Part shown: one piece after another, positions 49,636 to 60,515 of the stretch
Layout: every line of letters begins with the position of its first letter
Position numbering within the stretch: position 1 is the stretch's first letter
Origin: Alphaproteobacteria bacterium
Lineage (GTDB): Bacteria > Pseudomonadota > Alphaproteobacteria > JABAAW01 > JAHZMA01
Direction of reading: 5' to 3'
NCBI GenBank assembly: GCA_965243045.1
Contig: CBDETR010000004.1
Span: 1,207,985 to 1,271,984, forward strand
DNA length: 64,000 nt
The notes under the pieces: generated by a model
What the model saw: the letters and a program-made list of their open reading frames with translations, nothing else
Databases searched by the model: none
What the model was told of the DNA's origin: nothing
Program-made: the position numbers and the translations under genes

Positions 49636-51411
49636 ATGGCGAATAAGGGTGAGATATTAACAGGTGCGCAAATTGTATTACGCGCTTTGGAAGACCAAAA
49701 TGTGGATACGATTTTTGGTTATCCCGGCGGAGCAGTGTTACCGCTTTATGATGCTTTGTATCAAATTGATAGCTTAGACCATGTGTTGGTGCGTCACGAA
49801 CAAGGTGCTATTCATGCGGCAGAAGGCTATGCTCGTTCTACTGGCAAAGTTGGGGTGCTACTGGTAACATCAGGACCGGGGGTTACAAATACGGTAACAG
49901 GCTTGACGGATGCTTTGTTGGATTCTGTACCGATTGTTTGTTTTTCGGGGCAAGTGCCTAGCCATTTGATTGGCACAGATGCTTTTCAGGAATGCGATAC
50001 TACAGGCATTACCCGTGCCTGCACAAAACATAATTATTTGGTGCGAGATGTTGATGATTTAGCGCGCATCATTCATGAAGCATTTTACATTGCACGCAGT
50101 GGGCGTCCGGGTCCGGTATTGATTGATTTGCCCAAAGATGTCCAATTTGCAAAAGGTACTTATGTTGGTCATGAAAATATCAAGCACCATACCTATCAGC
50201 CAAAGGTGGAAGCATCGCATCATGTGATTGATGAGATTGCAGATTTGCTTTGCACTGCAGAAAAGCCAATTATTTATGCAGGCGGTGGGGTGATTAATTC
50301 GGGTATTGGCGCATGTGAAAAATTGCAAAAATTAATTGATTTGACTGGCTTTCCGTTCACTCTTACCTTGATGGGTTTAGGGGCGGTGCCTACAGGCAAA
50401 CCAGAATTTTTGGGCATGTTAGGAATGCATGGCACGTATGAAGCAAATTTGGCAATGCATGATTGTGATGTCATGTTAAATGTGGGTGCGCGGTTTGATG
50501 ATAGAATTACAGGCACACCGGCTAAATTTTCGCCAAACTCTAAAAAAATTCATATTGATATTGACCCATCATCTATCAATAAGGTGATAAGAGTAGAACA
50601 TGCCGCGATTGGCGATTGCAACATTGTGTTAGAACAATTATTGAATGCGCTTGAAAAGCGGAAAGATAAATTGCCTAGCAAAAGTAAATTAAAAGCTTGG
50701 TGGCAAAAAATTGGCGAATGGCGTGCGGTTGATTGTTTGAAATGTGTGCAAGATGGCAGTAAATCAGCGGTGATTAGACCGCAATATGCGATTTCACGCT
50801 TGCATCAGCTCACAAAAGATTATGATACTTATATTACGACTGAAGTTGGACAGCATCAGATGTGGGCGGCGCAATATTATCCGATTAATAAGCCATTTCA
50901 TTGGATGACTTCTGGCGGACTTGGCACGATGGGTTATGGGTTGCCGGCGGCGATTGGCGTGCAGATGGCACATCCCGATGCGTTGGTGATTGATATTGCC
51001 GGCGAAGCTTCCATTTTAATGAATATCCAAGAGCTGAATACGGCTGTGCAATATGAATTGCCTGTGAAAATATTTATTCTCAACAATCAATATATGGGTA
51101 TGGTGCGTCAATGGCAGGAATTATTGCATGGCGGGCGTTACGCGCATTCTTATAGTGAATCATTGCCTGATTTTGTTAAACTGGCTGAATCTTTTCAGGC
51201 TGTTGGGTTGCGTGCGAATAATGTGGGTGAATTAGATGATGTGATTGGCGAGATGCTGACCATCAAAAAACCTATGTTGATTGATGTGAGAGTGGAAAAG
51301 CAAGAAAATTGCTATCCGATGATTCCATCAGGTGCGGCGCATAATGAAATGTTGCTTACCGATAAGTCAGAGGCAAAACCGATTAGCAAGCAGGGCAGGA
51401 TTCTGGTATGA
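49636..51411 (+). CDS. ilvB: acetolactate synthase (AHAS) large subunit
   Basis: 591 aa ThDP enzyme (GYPGGAVLPLYDAL, TSGPG, GLGTMGYGLPAAIG). It is followed by the small-subunit gene. Confidence 0.95.
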   Translation: MANKGEILTGAQIVLRALEDQNVDTIFGYPGGAVLPLYDALYQIDSLDHVLVRHEQGAIHAAEGYARSTGKVGVLLVTSGPGVTNTVTGLTDALLDSVPIVCFSGQVPSHLIGTDAFQECDTTGITRACTKHNYLVRDVDDLARIIHEAFYIARSGRPGPVLIDLPKDVQFAKGTYVGHENIKHHTYQPKVEASHHVIDEIADLLCTAEKPIIYAGGGVINSGIGACEKLQKLIDLTGFPFTLTLMGLGAVPTGKPEFLGMLGMHGTYEANLAMHDCDVMLNVGARFDDRITGTPAKFSPNSKKIHIDIDPSSINKVIRVEHAAIGDCNIVLEQLLNALEKRKDKLPSKSKLKAWWQKIGEWRAVDCLKCVQDGSKSAVIRPQYAISRLHQLTKDYDTYITTEVGQHQMWAAQYYPINKPFHWMTSGGLGTMGYGLPAAIGVQMAHPDALVIDIAGEASILMNIQELNTAVQYELPVKIFILNNQYMGMVRQWQELLHGGRYAHSYSESLPDFVKLAESFQAVGLRANNVGELDDVIGEMLTIKKPMLIDVRVEKQENCYPMIPSGAAHNEMLLTDKSEAKPISKQGRILV

Positions 51412-51938
51412 CGCATGTTGTTGATGTGATTAGTCGTAATTGTTTTTCGGTGATTGTTGATAATGAACCCGGTGTGCTTGCACGGGTGATTGGCTTATTT
51501 GCTGGGCGTGGCTATAATATTGAAAGTTTGACTGTTTGCACAATTAACAAAGAAAGAGACCGTTCGCGCATTACCATTGTTAGCTATGGTACAAAAATGG
51601 TGATTGAACAAATCAAGGCGCAATTAGATAAATTAGTGCCGGTGCAATCGGTAACGAATGTAACGGAAGTAGGGGAAGCGGTTGAGAAGGAAGTGGCACT
51701 TGTTCGGTTTGCAGCAACGGGGCCTCAAAGGCGTGAAGGTTTAAGAATTGCAGATATTTTTAAGGCGACAGTTGCGGATACAACTCATGGCGCCTTCGTG
51801 TTTTCGTTAAGTGGTTCGCCTGAAAAAGTGAGCGCGTTTATCGAATTGATGGAAGAAATTGGAGATGTAGAAGTTGCACGTTCGGGAGTGGTATCGCTGA
51901 ATCGAACGGGAGCATATCTAGATTATTACAATAATTAA
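51408..51938 (+). CDS. ilvH: acetolactate synthase small (regulatory) subunit
   Basis: 176 aa with an ACT domain plus the C-terminal AHAS small-subunit domain. Translationally coupled to ilvB (ATGA overlap). Confidence 0.9.
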   Translation: MTHVVDVISRNCFSVIVDNEPGVLARVIGLFAGRGYNIESLTVCTINKERDRSRITIVSYGTKMVIEQIKAQLDKLVPVQSVTNVTEVGEAVEKEVALVRFAATGPQRREGLRIADIFKATVADTTHGAFVFSLSGSPEKVSAFIELMEEIGDVEVARSGVVSLNRTGAYLDYYNN

Positions 51939-52014
51939 AATTATATTCCATCATAATCATCAGCAGGTGGTTAGGGGGGAATATTCATTGTCATGCTAAG
52001 AAAGGGAAGTATCA

Positions 52015-53034
52015 ATGAAAGTCTATTATGATAGTGACGCAGATATTAATCTGATTAAAGAAAAAAATATTGCAGTCATTGGTTATGGGTCGCAGGGGCA
52101 TGCTCAGGCGTTAAACTTAAAAGATAGCGGCATTAAAAATCTAGCGATTGGGTTGAAAAAAACATCAGCGAGTCGTGCAAAAGCAGAAGAAGCAGGCTTT
52201 AAGGTGATGACGCCTACTGAAGCAGCAGCTTGGGCAGATATTGTGATGGTGCTTATCCCTGATGAATTGCAACGCGGTATGTATTATGAAGAACTGCATG
52301 AGAATATGAAACCCGGTGCGGCTTTGGCGTTTTCGCATGGGTTGGCAATTCATTTTAGTTTGATTGAACCACGTAATGATATTGATGTGGTGATGATGGC
52401 ACCCAAAGGACCCGGGCATACTGTGCGTGCAGAATATGCAAAAGGTGGCGGTGTGCCTTGCTTAGTAGCAATCCATAAGGATTACAGTGGCAAAGCGATG
52501 GAAATAGGGCTTGCTTATTGTTCCGCGATTGGTGGTGGACGTTCGGGTATTATTGAAACTAATTTCCGTGAAGAATGTGAAACTGATTTATTCGGTGAAC
52601 AGGTTGTGTTATGTGGTGGGTTAATTGAGCTGATTAGAAATGGCTTTGAAACATTGATTGAAGCAGGTTACGCCCCTGAAATGGCATATTTTGAATGTTT
52701 GCATGAAGTGAAATTGATTGTAGATTTAATCTATGAAGGTGGCATTTCTAACATGTTTTATTCTATTTCTAATACGGCAGAATATGGTGCCTATAAAACA
52801 GGGTCTAGAATTATCAATGAAAATAGCAAGGCTGAGATGAAAAAAGTGCTTGATGATATTCAAACAGGTAAATTTACGCGTGATTGGATGCTGGAAAATG
52901 CAGCACATCAATCGCATTTCAAGAGCAAGCGCAAATTAGATGCCGAACATGATATTGAATCTGTGGGTGCAGAATTGCGTGGCATGATGCCTTGGATTGG
53001 TAAGAATAAGTTGGTTGATAAAGCAAAGAATTAA
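52015..53034 (+). CDS. ilvC: ketol-acid reductoisomerase (class I)
   Basis: 339 aa with the Rossmann motif [18 protein letters not shown] and the KARI C-terminal domain. Confidence 0.95.
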   Translation: MKVYYDSDADINLIKEKNIAVIGYGSQGHAQALNLKDSGIKNLAIGLKKTSASRAKAEEAGFKVMTPTEAAAWADIVMVLIPDELQRGMYYEELHENMKPGAALAFSHGLAIHFSLIEPRNDIDVVMMAPKGPGHTVRAEYAKGGGVPCLVAIHKDYSGKAMEIGLAYCSAIGGGRSGIIETNFREECETDLFGEQVVLCGGLIELIRNGFETLIEAGYAPEMAYFECLHEVKLIVDLIYEGGISNMFYSISNTAEYGAYKTGSRIINENSKAEMKKVLDDIQTGKFTRDWMLENAAHQSHFKSKRKLDAEHDIESVGAELRGMMPWIGKNKLVDKAKN

Positions 53035-53044
53035 TTATGATGTA

Positions 53045-53845
53045 ATGGCAGATGTAAGTTACCCTGTTATAGATAAATTGCTTGCTGGGCAGGTGGAAAT
53101 TGTACAAGCAGATGATTACCGTGTGGCGGTTGATTCTGTGTTGTTAGCAAATTTTGTTGCGAGTCATTATTATGGTGGGCAATCGCCTTATATGCAAGCG
53201 TCTCAGCAAAATAATATGCCTCAGAAAATTGCTGAATTAGGCGTTGGTACAGGTGGTGTGATGCTGTGTTTGTTGCATTATATCGCGCAATATCACAAGC
53301 AGGAAATGCCATGCTATGATGGTTATGATTGTAATGGTCATTTTCTTTCTTTGGCAAAGCAATCATTATCGCTCAATAAGATGGATGCGAATCTTCACGA
53401 AACAGATATTCGCGATATTGAAAGGCGTGGTTGCTATGATGCGGTGGTGATGAATCCGCCTTTTTTGCCATTTTCTGAACATGCGGGCATGAAGCGTTCT
53501 GATATGCGAAGCCGTGCGCTTTATGAAGGTGAGGTTTCACTTCATGATTGGCTAAGAATTGCAGGTAAGTTATTGACGCATCATGGTTGGCTTTTTATGG
53601 TGCATCAAGCCGAAAGGTTGCATGAAATTATTGCCATCTTACAGCAGAAATTTGGCGGTATTATCCTGTATCCGATTCATAGCTATGCAGGGCAGGCGGC
53701 TAAACGGATATTGATTGCTACGCAATATGGCAGTAAAACAAAAACAACATTGCAATCAGGGTTGGTGATGCATCAGGCAGATGGTCGTTACACTCTTTTG
53801 GCAGAACAAATTTTAAGAGCAGAAATATTATGCGGCACAAGATAA
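53045..53845 (+). CDS. class I SAM-dependent methyltransferase (NPPF motif; N6-adenine/N5-glutamine MTase-like)
   Basis: The GTG(VGTGGV) SAM-binding motif I and the catalytic NPPF (MNPPFLPF) are present. Start chosen at ATG 53045, downstream of the ilvC stop. Confidence 0.6.
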   Translation: MADVSYPVIDKLLAGQVEIVQADDYRVAVDSVLLANFVASHYYGGQSPYMQASQQNNMPQKIAELGVGTGGVMLCLLHYIAQYHKQEMPCYDGYDCNGHFLSLAKQSLSLNKMDANLHETDIRDIERRGCYDAVVMNPPFLPFSEHAGMKRSDMRSRALYEGEVSLHDWLRIAGKLLTHHGWLFMVHQAERLHEIIAILQQKFGGIILYPIHSYAGQAAKRILIATQYGSKTKTTLQSGLVMHQADGRYTLLAEQILRAEILCGTR

Positions 53846-54669
53846 CATTATTAACTTTATTGATTTTTTTCAATATACAAAATCTATCAGCCAAGAATGA
53901 CGATTATAGCGAATTTTTTGCATCTAATCTTGATAGCATTGTGCAAATTGATTATACGGATTACCAGCAGTTTCTTGATAATAATTTGCGCATTATTAAC
54001 GTGGACAATGAAAAAGTCGGAGACGTAAAAGGGTTTGATTATCAAAACATTACTGCCGATGATAAAGCTTTGTTAAAGCAGCATCTGTTGAAAATGCAAG
54101 ATGTGCCGATTACAGACTATAATGATGATACACAACTTGCCTTTTGGATGAATCTTTACAATGTAATTGTGTTGGATATGATTTTAGATTTTTATCCGAT
54201 TAATTCGTTTCCTGATATTAAAGTGCAATCTAATGAAGAAGTGTGGAAAATGAAACGCGTTACAATGATGGGGCGGCAATTAAGTTTGGATAATATTCAG
54301 CATGATATTTTACGCAAGAAATTTTCTGATTGGCGCATCTTAAATGCTTTGAACATTGCAACATTTTCTTCTGGTTCGTGGCAAGAACAACCCTTTACAG
54401 GTGATGCGGTTGATATTCAGCTTGAGGAACGCACCAAATATTTATTCACCCGTCCATTATCAGCAAGTATCATTGATAATGACGATAATAATGAAAAGAT
54501 TTTACGTTTGATTGCTATTTTGAAATGGTACGAACAAGATTTCTTAGATGTTGGCATGACATTAAATGATTTGTTACAGAAATATTTGCCTGAGGATTTA
54601 TGGCAAGAATTTGATGATACATTAGAAATTGAGTATTTTTATGATTGGCGCTTGAATCAAATATCATAG
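53830..54669 (+). CDS. DUF547-domain protein (paralogue 1), secreted
   Basis: Signal peptide, and the DUF547 hallmark LAFWMNLYNVIVL. Confidence 0.65.
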   Translation: MRHKITLLTLLIFFNIQNLSAKNDDYSEFFASNLDSIVQIDYTDYQQFLDNNLRIINVDNEKVGDVKGFDYQNITADDKALLKQHLLKMQDVPITDYNDDTQLAFWMNLYNVIVLDMILDFYPINSFPDIKVQSNEEVWKMKRVTMMGRQLSLDNIQHDILRKKFSDWRILNALNIATFSSGSWQEQPFTGDAVDIQLEERTKYLFTRPLSASIIDNDDNNEKILRLIAILKWYEQDFLDVGMTLNDLLQKYLPEDLWQEFDDTLEIEYFYDWRLNQIS

Positions 54670-54712
54670 CATGATAATTTTAAGAAGATATTATACGTAG
54701 AAGGAGTAAGAG

Positions 54713-55501
54713 ATGCGGTTAAGATTAATGAGTGTTGTTTTAGGGTTTTTATTGATGAGCTCTGCAGTGCAGGCACAAAATGCAATGAATTTCTTTAGCA
54801 GGAATGGCTTTGAGAAAGAGAAAATTGATTATAGTGCTTATGAAGAATTTTTAGGAAAATATATAAAGTCAGCGAAGGGGGGTATGTCCCGATTTGATTA
54901 TAAAAACATTCCTAGCACTGGTCATGATTTAATTAAAAAGCAAATGTCTGTTATGGAGAACGTAAGAGTTACAAATTATGATAGGGATACGCAACTGGGT
55001 TATTGGTTGAATTTGTATAATATTATTGTGCTTGATGCTGTGCTAGAAAATTATCCAATTTCTTCAATTCGTGATGTGAGTGATATATGGAAAGCAAAGC
55101 GAGTTAAAATTCAAAGCCAAGAGTTAAGTTTGGATGACATTGAACATAATATTATTCGTCCACTTTATAAGGATTGGCGAATTCATGCCGCCCTCAATGT
55201 GGCAACTGTTTCTTCAGGAAGAATACCAGCAAAAGCTTATGGCTATAATATAGAAAAAGAGCTTGATGATATTGCAAAAGAATGGTTACAGCGTCCGGAT
55301 GTTTTTAGAATCAGTGACAACACAGTTTCTTTAAGCACCGTATTTAAGTGGTATAAAGAAGATTTTGGCAATTCAACAGAAGAATTATTCATGAAGATTT
55401 CCGGTCATTTGAATGAAAGCGCAAGCACGAAATTATTGCAATTAAAGAAACCAAAGATTCGCTATAATTATGTTTGGGATTTGAACGATATGGGGCAATA
55501 G
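54713..55501 (+). CDS. DUF547-domain protein (paralogue 2), secreted
   Basis: Signal peptide, and LGYWLNLYNIIVL. Paralogous to the upstream gene. Confidence 0.65.
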   Translation: MRLRLMSVVLGFLLMSSAVQAQNAMNFFSRNGFEKEKIDYSAYEEFLGKYIKSAKGGMSRFDYKNIPSTGHDLIKKQMSVMENVRVTNYDRDTQLGYWLNLYNIIVLDAVLENYPISSIRDVSDIWKAKRVKIQSQELSLDDIEHNIIRPLYKDWRIHAALNVATVSSGRIPAKAYGYNIEKELDDIAKEWLQRPDVFRISDNTVSLSTVFKWYKEDFGNSTEELFMKISGHLNESASTKLLQLKKPKIRYNYVWDLNDMGQ

Positions 55502-55564
55502 AAAAGCTCCAATAGAAAAAAATGGTCAGAAAAGCTTTGGTGGAAAAAAGCTTAATAGTCTGCA

Positions 55565-58087
55565 TTATAACTTACCTAATCTTTCTAGCATTGTGAATTC
55601 AGATTGAAATTTCATGTCAACTTTGTGCGTTAATGCATGAATTGCGCGCGTGGGTTTTTCTTTCAGAAGAGGCGTATTATGTGCATATGCTTGTAATTGT
55701 TTCGTTGCAATCCAATTAAAGCCATAAACATTATTGCTATGTGCGGCATAGGCAAATGAGTGATTTAATAAAGGTCTTTGATAATATAATGTGCTGATGT
55801 CGCAAAAATCTTGCTCTTCAATATTGACCCATATTTTATCCCCCGAATTGATAAGAGCCATATCCTCAATATTACATAATTGCGTTAATTTTGTGCGAAA
55901 AAATAGAGGGTACTGTCTTGTATAACGTTGCTTGAGTAGATGCTCTTTTTGCCAAAAATCTTGTTTGTCAAAATCAATATGCTTTTGCATACCAAGCCCG
56001 TAAAGTGAGCTGACGCCTTGTATCTCGTGCCAGATAGGGAAACCTGCTTCTATCCTTAAAGCATTTAATGCATAATAGCCAATTGGTTTCATCTGATAAG
56101 AAACTGCATTTTGCTGAATGGTTTGATAGAGCTTTTCCATATCTTGATAGGGGGCATAAATTTCGTAACCTTGTTCTCCAGTGATTGAAAATCTAACAAT
56201 AATCGTATCAATCGTATCAATTTTTAATTTTTCAATGCCTAGAAAAGGAATCTTTTTATCAGAAAATTGTGCAAATAATTTTTGTGCTTCTTTGCCGGCA
56301 ATCGCAATACCACCTAATTGATGCGTTAAATTCGTAATGGTAACATCTGCCTTGCATATTTTTTGTAATTTATAGATATAATCAAGATTTATCTGATATT
56401 TATCACTGCTTCCAATCAGCCAATAATGGTTTTTATCCAAATGACCTAATGTGAAAATAGCATGGGGCTTGCCTTCTTCATTGATAATCGGCGCAACCTT
56501 CATTTCACCTTTTTCAGGCACTTTACCAGCACTGATGAAATTAGCAAATTTTTCGGCATCCTTGCCAGTGATTTCAAATTTAGCATGGTGCCCAACATCA
56601 TAAAAACCACCAATTTCACGCATATTTATTTGCTCTTCATTAATGCGTTCGATATTATCTTTCGGCTGAGCAGACGGGTGGGCAGAATCACTTTTATTAA
56701 AGAATGCTGGGGTTGAAGTTTGCCCCTTTGCGATGAGACACGCATTTGCTTCAAGATAGTTTTTTTCTAGGGGGTGCGACACTGTTTTATGCTTATCAGG
56801 AAAAGCACCATCATCATGCGTGTAAAAAGGATTCTTGCGAATATTTTCTTCTATCCATTCATTATCAACATCATTGGCAAAACGGTTTGGTAAAAAATCA
56901 CTGATGTCAATCGTATCATGGGCGTTATTACCAGTTACTTTTGATGCAAGCCCTACCCTCAAGAAAATCTCTTGTGAAAAACCTTCTGTCATGCCACAAG
57001 CCACCCACAAATTATCGTCCAATTCACCGATAAGCGGGTTGCCATCAGCAGAAGTAAGCATATTCGTTGGTATGTAATGGCTTATTCTATTATTCAATTC
57101 TGGCATAATCGCGAAGATACGGTCAAAATCTTCTTTTAATTCAGGAAAATCATCTTGTGAACATGGCACTTGTGCGCCCAATTCAATTTTTTTACCTTGA
57201 TGGGTGAGGGGGGTATCCATATCCATAAGCTCACGATTTTTTGCGAATAGATTCAAGATAAGATAAGGGTGATGGGCATATAAATAAAAATCATCATTCA
57301 TGCCGATATAGTTAGGCGGGTGTTTATGATTATCAAAAAAATCTTCCGAACCTGTTAAGAAAAAACAATAATGTTTAACAGCACGTAAGGGAAGCTGATG
57401 CCCAGTCATGTAGGCGATATCGCAAGCTGCATTACCAGCTGCATTGATAATTTTGTTAGCCGTTATTTCCCCTTTATTGGTTGTTATTTGCCATGTGCCA
57501 TCTGAATTCTTTTGTATTTTTGTTACCTTTGTTTCTTCATAATATTGTCCATTGGTAACTTTTGCCGATTCTGCCAATGCCTGTATAGTAAGTTCAGGTT
57601 TTAAGGTAAAAGATTCTAATATTAATTGCCAAAAATAGCTATCTTGGCTGTTTTTGATGAGTGGAATTTCATGGTTATCAAAATTTTTATGCTCTACATA
57701 ATAGGGTAACATAGGAATAACGCCATTGACAGCATGATAGTCATAGTTAAGCTGTTGCAAATGTAGAAGCCTATCCTCATAGGCATGAACAATCAAGCCA
57801 TGGTCACTTTGCACCTTACGGTCATGCTTGTAAAAAAATTTTTCCCCTGAAAGCCGTTCAATTTCTTGTAGGAATAGAGTTTGCAATGTTTGCGCTTGCG
57901 ATATATCTACATTATGATGCCTTCTTGAAGGCAGTTGTAACGCACGCGGCGGGGTAGATGAAAGCCCTGAACCTATTTTTCCTGCTTCTAATAAAACCGT
58001 ATCAGCATCCAATGCGGCACAGCCAAATAGCAATGAACAGCCTGCAATGCCACCTCCGATAATAACGATATCCGCGTTTGATTTCAT
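55565..58087 (-). CDS. FAD-dependent oxidoreductase fused to a GcvT-like aminomethyltransferase domain (dimethylglycine/sarcosine dehydrogenase family)
   Basis: 840 aa. The N-terminus has DIVIIGGGIAGCS (GxGxxG). The C-terminal half carries GcvT-like motifs (FYDVGHHAKFEITGKDAEKF; LNALRIEAGFP). Confidence 0.7.
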   Translation of the reverse strand: MKSNADIVIIGGGIAGCSLLFGCAALDADTVLLEAGKIGSGLSSTPPRALQLPSRRHHNVDISQAQTLQTLFLQEIERLSGEKFFYKHDRKVQSDHGLIVHAYEDRLLHLQQLNYDYHAVNGVIPMLPYYVEHKNFDNHEIPLIKNSQDSYFWQLILESFTLKPELTIQALAESAKVTNGQYYEETKVTKIQKNSDGTWQITTNKGEITANKIINAAGNAACDIAYMTGHQLPLRAVKHYCFFLTGSEDFFDNHKHPPNYIGMNDDFYLYAHHPYLILNLFAKNRELMDMDTPLTHQGKKIELGAQVPCSQDDFPELKEDFDRIFAIMPELNNRISHYIPTNMLTSADGNPLIGELDDNLWVACGMTEGFSQEIFLRVGLASKVTGNNAHDTIDISDFLPNRFANDVDNEWIEENIRKNPFYTHDDGAFPDKHKTVSHPLEKNYLEANACLIAKGQTSTPAFFNKSDSAHPSAQPKDNIERINEEQINMREIGGFYDVGHHAKFEITGKDAEKFANFISAGKVPEKGEMKVAPIINEEGKPHAIFTLGHLDKNHYWLIGSSDKYQINLDYIYKLQKICKADVTITNLTHQLGGIAIAGKEAQKLFAQFSDKKIPFLGIEKLKIDTIDTIIVRFSITGEQGYEIYAPYQDMEKLYQTIQQNAVSYQMKPIGYYALNALRIEAGFPIWHEIQGVSSLYGLGMQKHIDFDKQDFWQKEHLLKQRYTRQYPLFFRTKLTQLCNIEDMALINSGDKIWVNIEEQDFCDISTLYYQRPLLNHSFAYAAHSNNVYGFNWIATKQLQAYAHNTPLLKEKPTRAIHALTHKVDMKFQSEFTMLERLGKL

Positions 58088-58198
58088 AGAAAATTACCCC
58101 ACTTACCCATGAATTACTAGTAGCATCATTGATGGTTATTTTCAATATATTCCATTCTTGTACACATGAAATTCGCATGAAATTTGTAAGAGCAATAT

Positions 58199-60496
58199 TT
58201 ATGTTGCGACTTTTGTTTGATATTTTTTTGTAAGCGTTTTACGAAATAAATTCAGCAAAGCGGGCAAGAACATAGTGGCAGAGAACCATGCCAAGAACAT
58301 AGCTTCAGTTGCAAAAATACCAAAGCGGGTAAGAATAACCAAATCAGAAGTGATAAATAATCCAATGCCTAGCATAAATAAAAGCGATGTTTTTAACACA
58401 GGTTTGCCCGGTATCATCATGGCAGCCTCAATCGCTTTTTCATGATTGCCGGTGCGTTTGAATGTGGTTACATAGCAATGAATGATATGAATATTATCAT
58501 CTACGCTAATCCCCATGGCAACAGCGGCGATAATAACAGTAGCAAAATCAAATGGTAGCCCAAGCAAACTTACCGTACCAAGGGTCATCACAACGGGCAG
58601 GGTGGTTGCCAAAATACCAATGCCAGCAACCAAGGAACCAAACTGCACCATCAGCACAATAAAAATCAGCATAAAAGTTAGCGAGATGGAGCTTAATTGT
58701 GTATTGACAACATAGGTGCTTAATGTTTGGAAAAACGCACTATGCCCCGTGATGATAGGTTCTGGCAAATCAATATCGGTTAATGTTTCTTCTAATTGTG
58801 CAATGATAGCACCCAACCGTGTGGAATCTAAATTGGGTAATTGCAATTTGATACGGATACGTTCGGCATTAAAATCCAGATAGGGTGCAAGCACATCTTG
58901 CTTATCAGCCGAGCGTGAAAAATCTAAAAATAAAAGCTCTTGATTTAATTCTTCATCACTATCAGGTTCTGCACTTTCATCTTCTGAAAAATAAACATGC
59001 ACTTCGCGAATAGGGTCAATATAAGATTGCACGCCTTGCACCAACGGAAAATCGGCAAGCAAGATTTTTTCTAATTTTACCGCTTCAGAAAAAGGTTGAT
59101 AGGTGCGGAAAAATTCTTCCTCACGTTTGGTAAAAATAACATCTACCGAACCGGAACCGCCAAGTTTTTCATCTACCAATGTGAAGGCGCGATAAATTTC
59201 GCTTTGTGGTTTGAAGAACACATCTAGCAGATTGGTTTCAGTGCGCGCCCATCCTAAGGCTGTGCCAGTTACCCCTAAGAATAATAGGCTGATGGCAATA
59301 ATGGTTTTGGTGCGTTTTTTGACAATAAAAAGCACATGATTGAGAATATTGGTAATGATTAAATCGTTTTTGGTTTCTAAAGATGAGGAAGGTTTGCGCC
59401 ATGAAACATACCATAGCCCACTTGCCATACTTAACAACATGATGAAATAGGCAACCATCACGGCAATCGCGGCATCGCGTCCAAATTCCTGCAGGGGCAG
59501 AATATCACTCAAAGCGAACGAACCAAAACCAATGGCGGTGGTGATGGATGTGTTCAGGCACGGACGCCAACTATAGCCCATGACCTTTTTCAGCAATGCG
59601 CCAGCGGTTGCAAAATCTTCTTTGCGTCGCATATCGTCCCAATAACCCATAATATGCAAGCAATCGGCAAGGGCAATCACCACAATCATCACAGGCAAAG
59701 TCAGCGAGATAATGGTTAAATGATGCCCGAATAGCACCACAATACTTAATGCACTTAACACACATAATCCAGCCGTGCCAAATAGCAATCCTATTCGCCA
59801 AAACTGCCCGAAAATTAAAAGTAAGAAAGCGGAAAGAACAAGCGCGGCAATGGCTAATAAGCGCGCTAACTCTGTTTTTGTACTGCTATTTAATTGGGCT
59901 TTCAGGCGAACATCACCTGCTACGGCAATCGCACCTAAATCGGAATATTCTGCTAATAATTGGTAAATATCACTCAATGCTTTTTCACGAATATCAGATT
60001 TTTTGAAACTATCTACCATCACGGAAATCGCCGCGATAGAATAATCTTTAGAGATTAGCAAACCATAATAAGGACTTTCGGTAAGGCGTTGCTTAAATTC
60101 TTGATAGTTTTTTAGCGTGTTTTTTTCTAATGCCCGCCGATAGCTTTGAATTTGCAAAGTTTCATTATCTTCTAGGATAACGGTTGCTTCAAGGGGTGAA
60201 TTAATTTCTTTGATATGTTCAATATCAAGCAAATCATCAGAGAGTTCATTAAACCGATTGATGGTTTTTTCAGTGAAAAAATCATCATTTAATGTGATGG
60301 TAATTAATAATTGTTCGGCACTTTGTTCAAACTCTTTGGAAAGCAAATCGCGTGCTTGCTGGTTTGGATTTTCATCGGGAAGCCAATGGTCGTTATTATA
60401 GGTAAGTTGTCCAACTGTTGTTACAAGCAAGAATGCCAATCCACCCCATAATAACGGTAAAAGTAATTTCAATAATCTGTTCATGATGCGCTTCAT
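58199..60496 (-). CDS. MMPL/RND-superfamily transporter (two 6-TM bundles with periplasmic domains)
   Basis: 765 aa with 1+5 TM then periplasmic loop then 1+5 TM topology and an SSD/MMPL-like second bundle (ATTLPVVMTLGTVSLLGLPFDFATVIIAAVAMGISVDDNIHI). The upstream OMP gene ends 19 bp before its start. Confidence 0.75.
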   Translation of the reverse strand: MKRIMNRLLKLLLPLLWGGLAFLLVTTVGQLTYNNDHWLPDENPNQQARDLLSKEFEQSAEQLLITITLNDDFFTEKTINRFNELSDDLLDIEHIKEINSPLEATVILEDNETLQIQSYRRALEKNTLKNYQEFKQRLTESPYYGLLISKDYSIAAISVMVDSFKKSDIREKALSDIYQLLAEYSDLGAIAVAGDVRLKAQLNSSTKTELARLLAIAALVLSAFLLLIFGQFWRIGLLFGTAGLCVLSALSIVVLFGHHLTIISLTLPVMIVVIALADCLHIMGYWDDMRRKEDFATAGALLKKVMGYSWRPCLNTSITTAIGFGSFALSDILPLQEFGRDAAIAVMVAYFIMLLSMASGLWYVSWRKPSSSLETKNDLIITNILNHVLFIVKKRTKTIIAISLLFLGVTGTALGWARTETNLLDVFFKPQSEIYRAFTLVDEKLGGSGSVDVIFTKREEEFFRTYQPFSEAVKLEKILLADFPLVQGVQSYIDPIREVHVYFSEDESAEPDSDEELNQELLFLDFSRSADKQDVLAPYLDFNAERIRIKLQLPNLDSTRLGAIIAQLEETLTDIDLPEPIITGHSAFFQTLSTYVVNTQLSSISLTFMLIFIVLMVQFGSLVAGIGILATTLPVVMTLGTVSLLGLPFDFATVIIAAVAMGISVDDNIHIIHCYVTTFKRTGNHEKAIEAAMMIPGKPVLKTSLLFMLGIGLFITSDLVILTRFGIFATEAMFLAWFSATMFLPALLNLFRKTLTKKYQTKVAT

Positions 60497-60515
60497 TTAT
60501 TCTTATATATGAATG

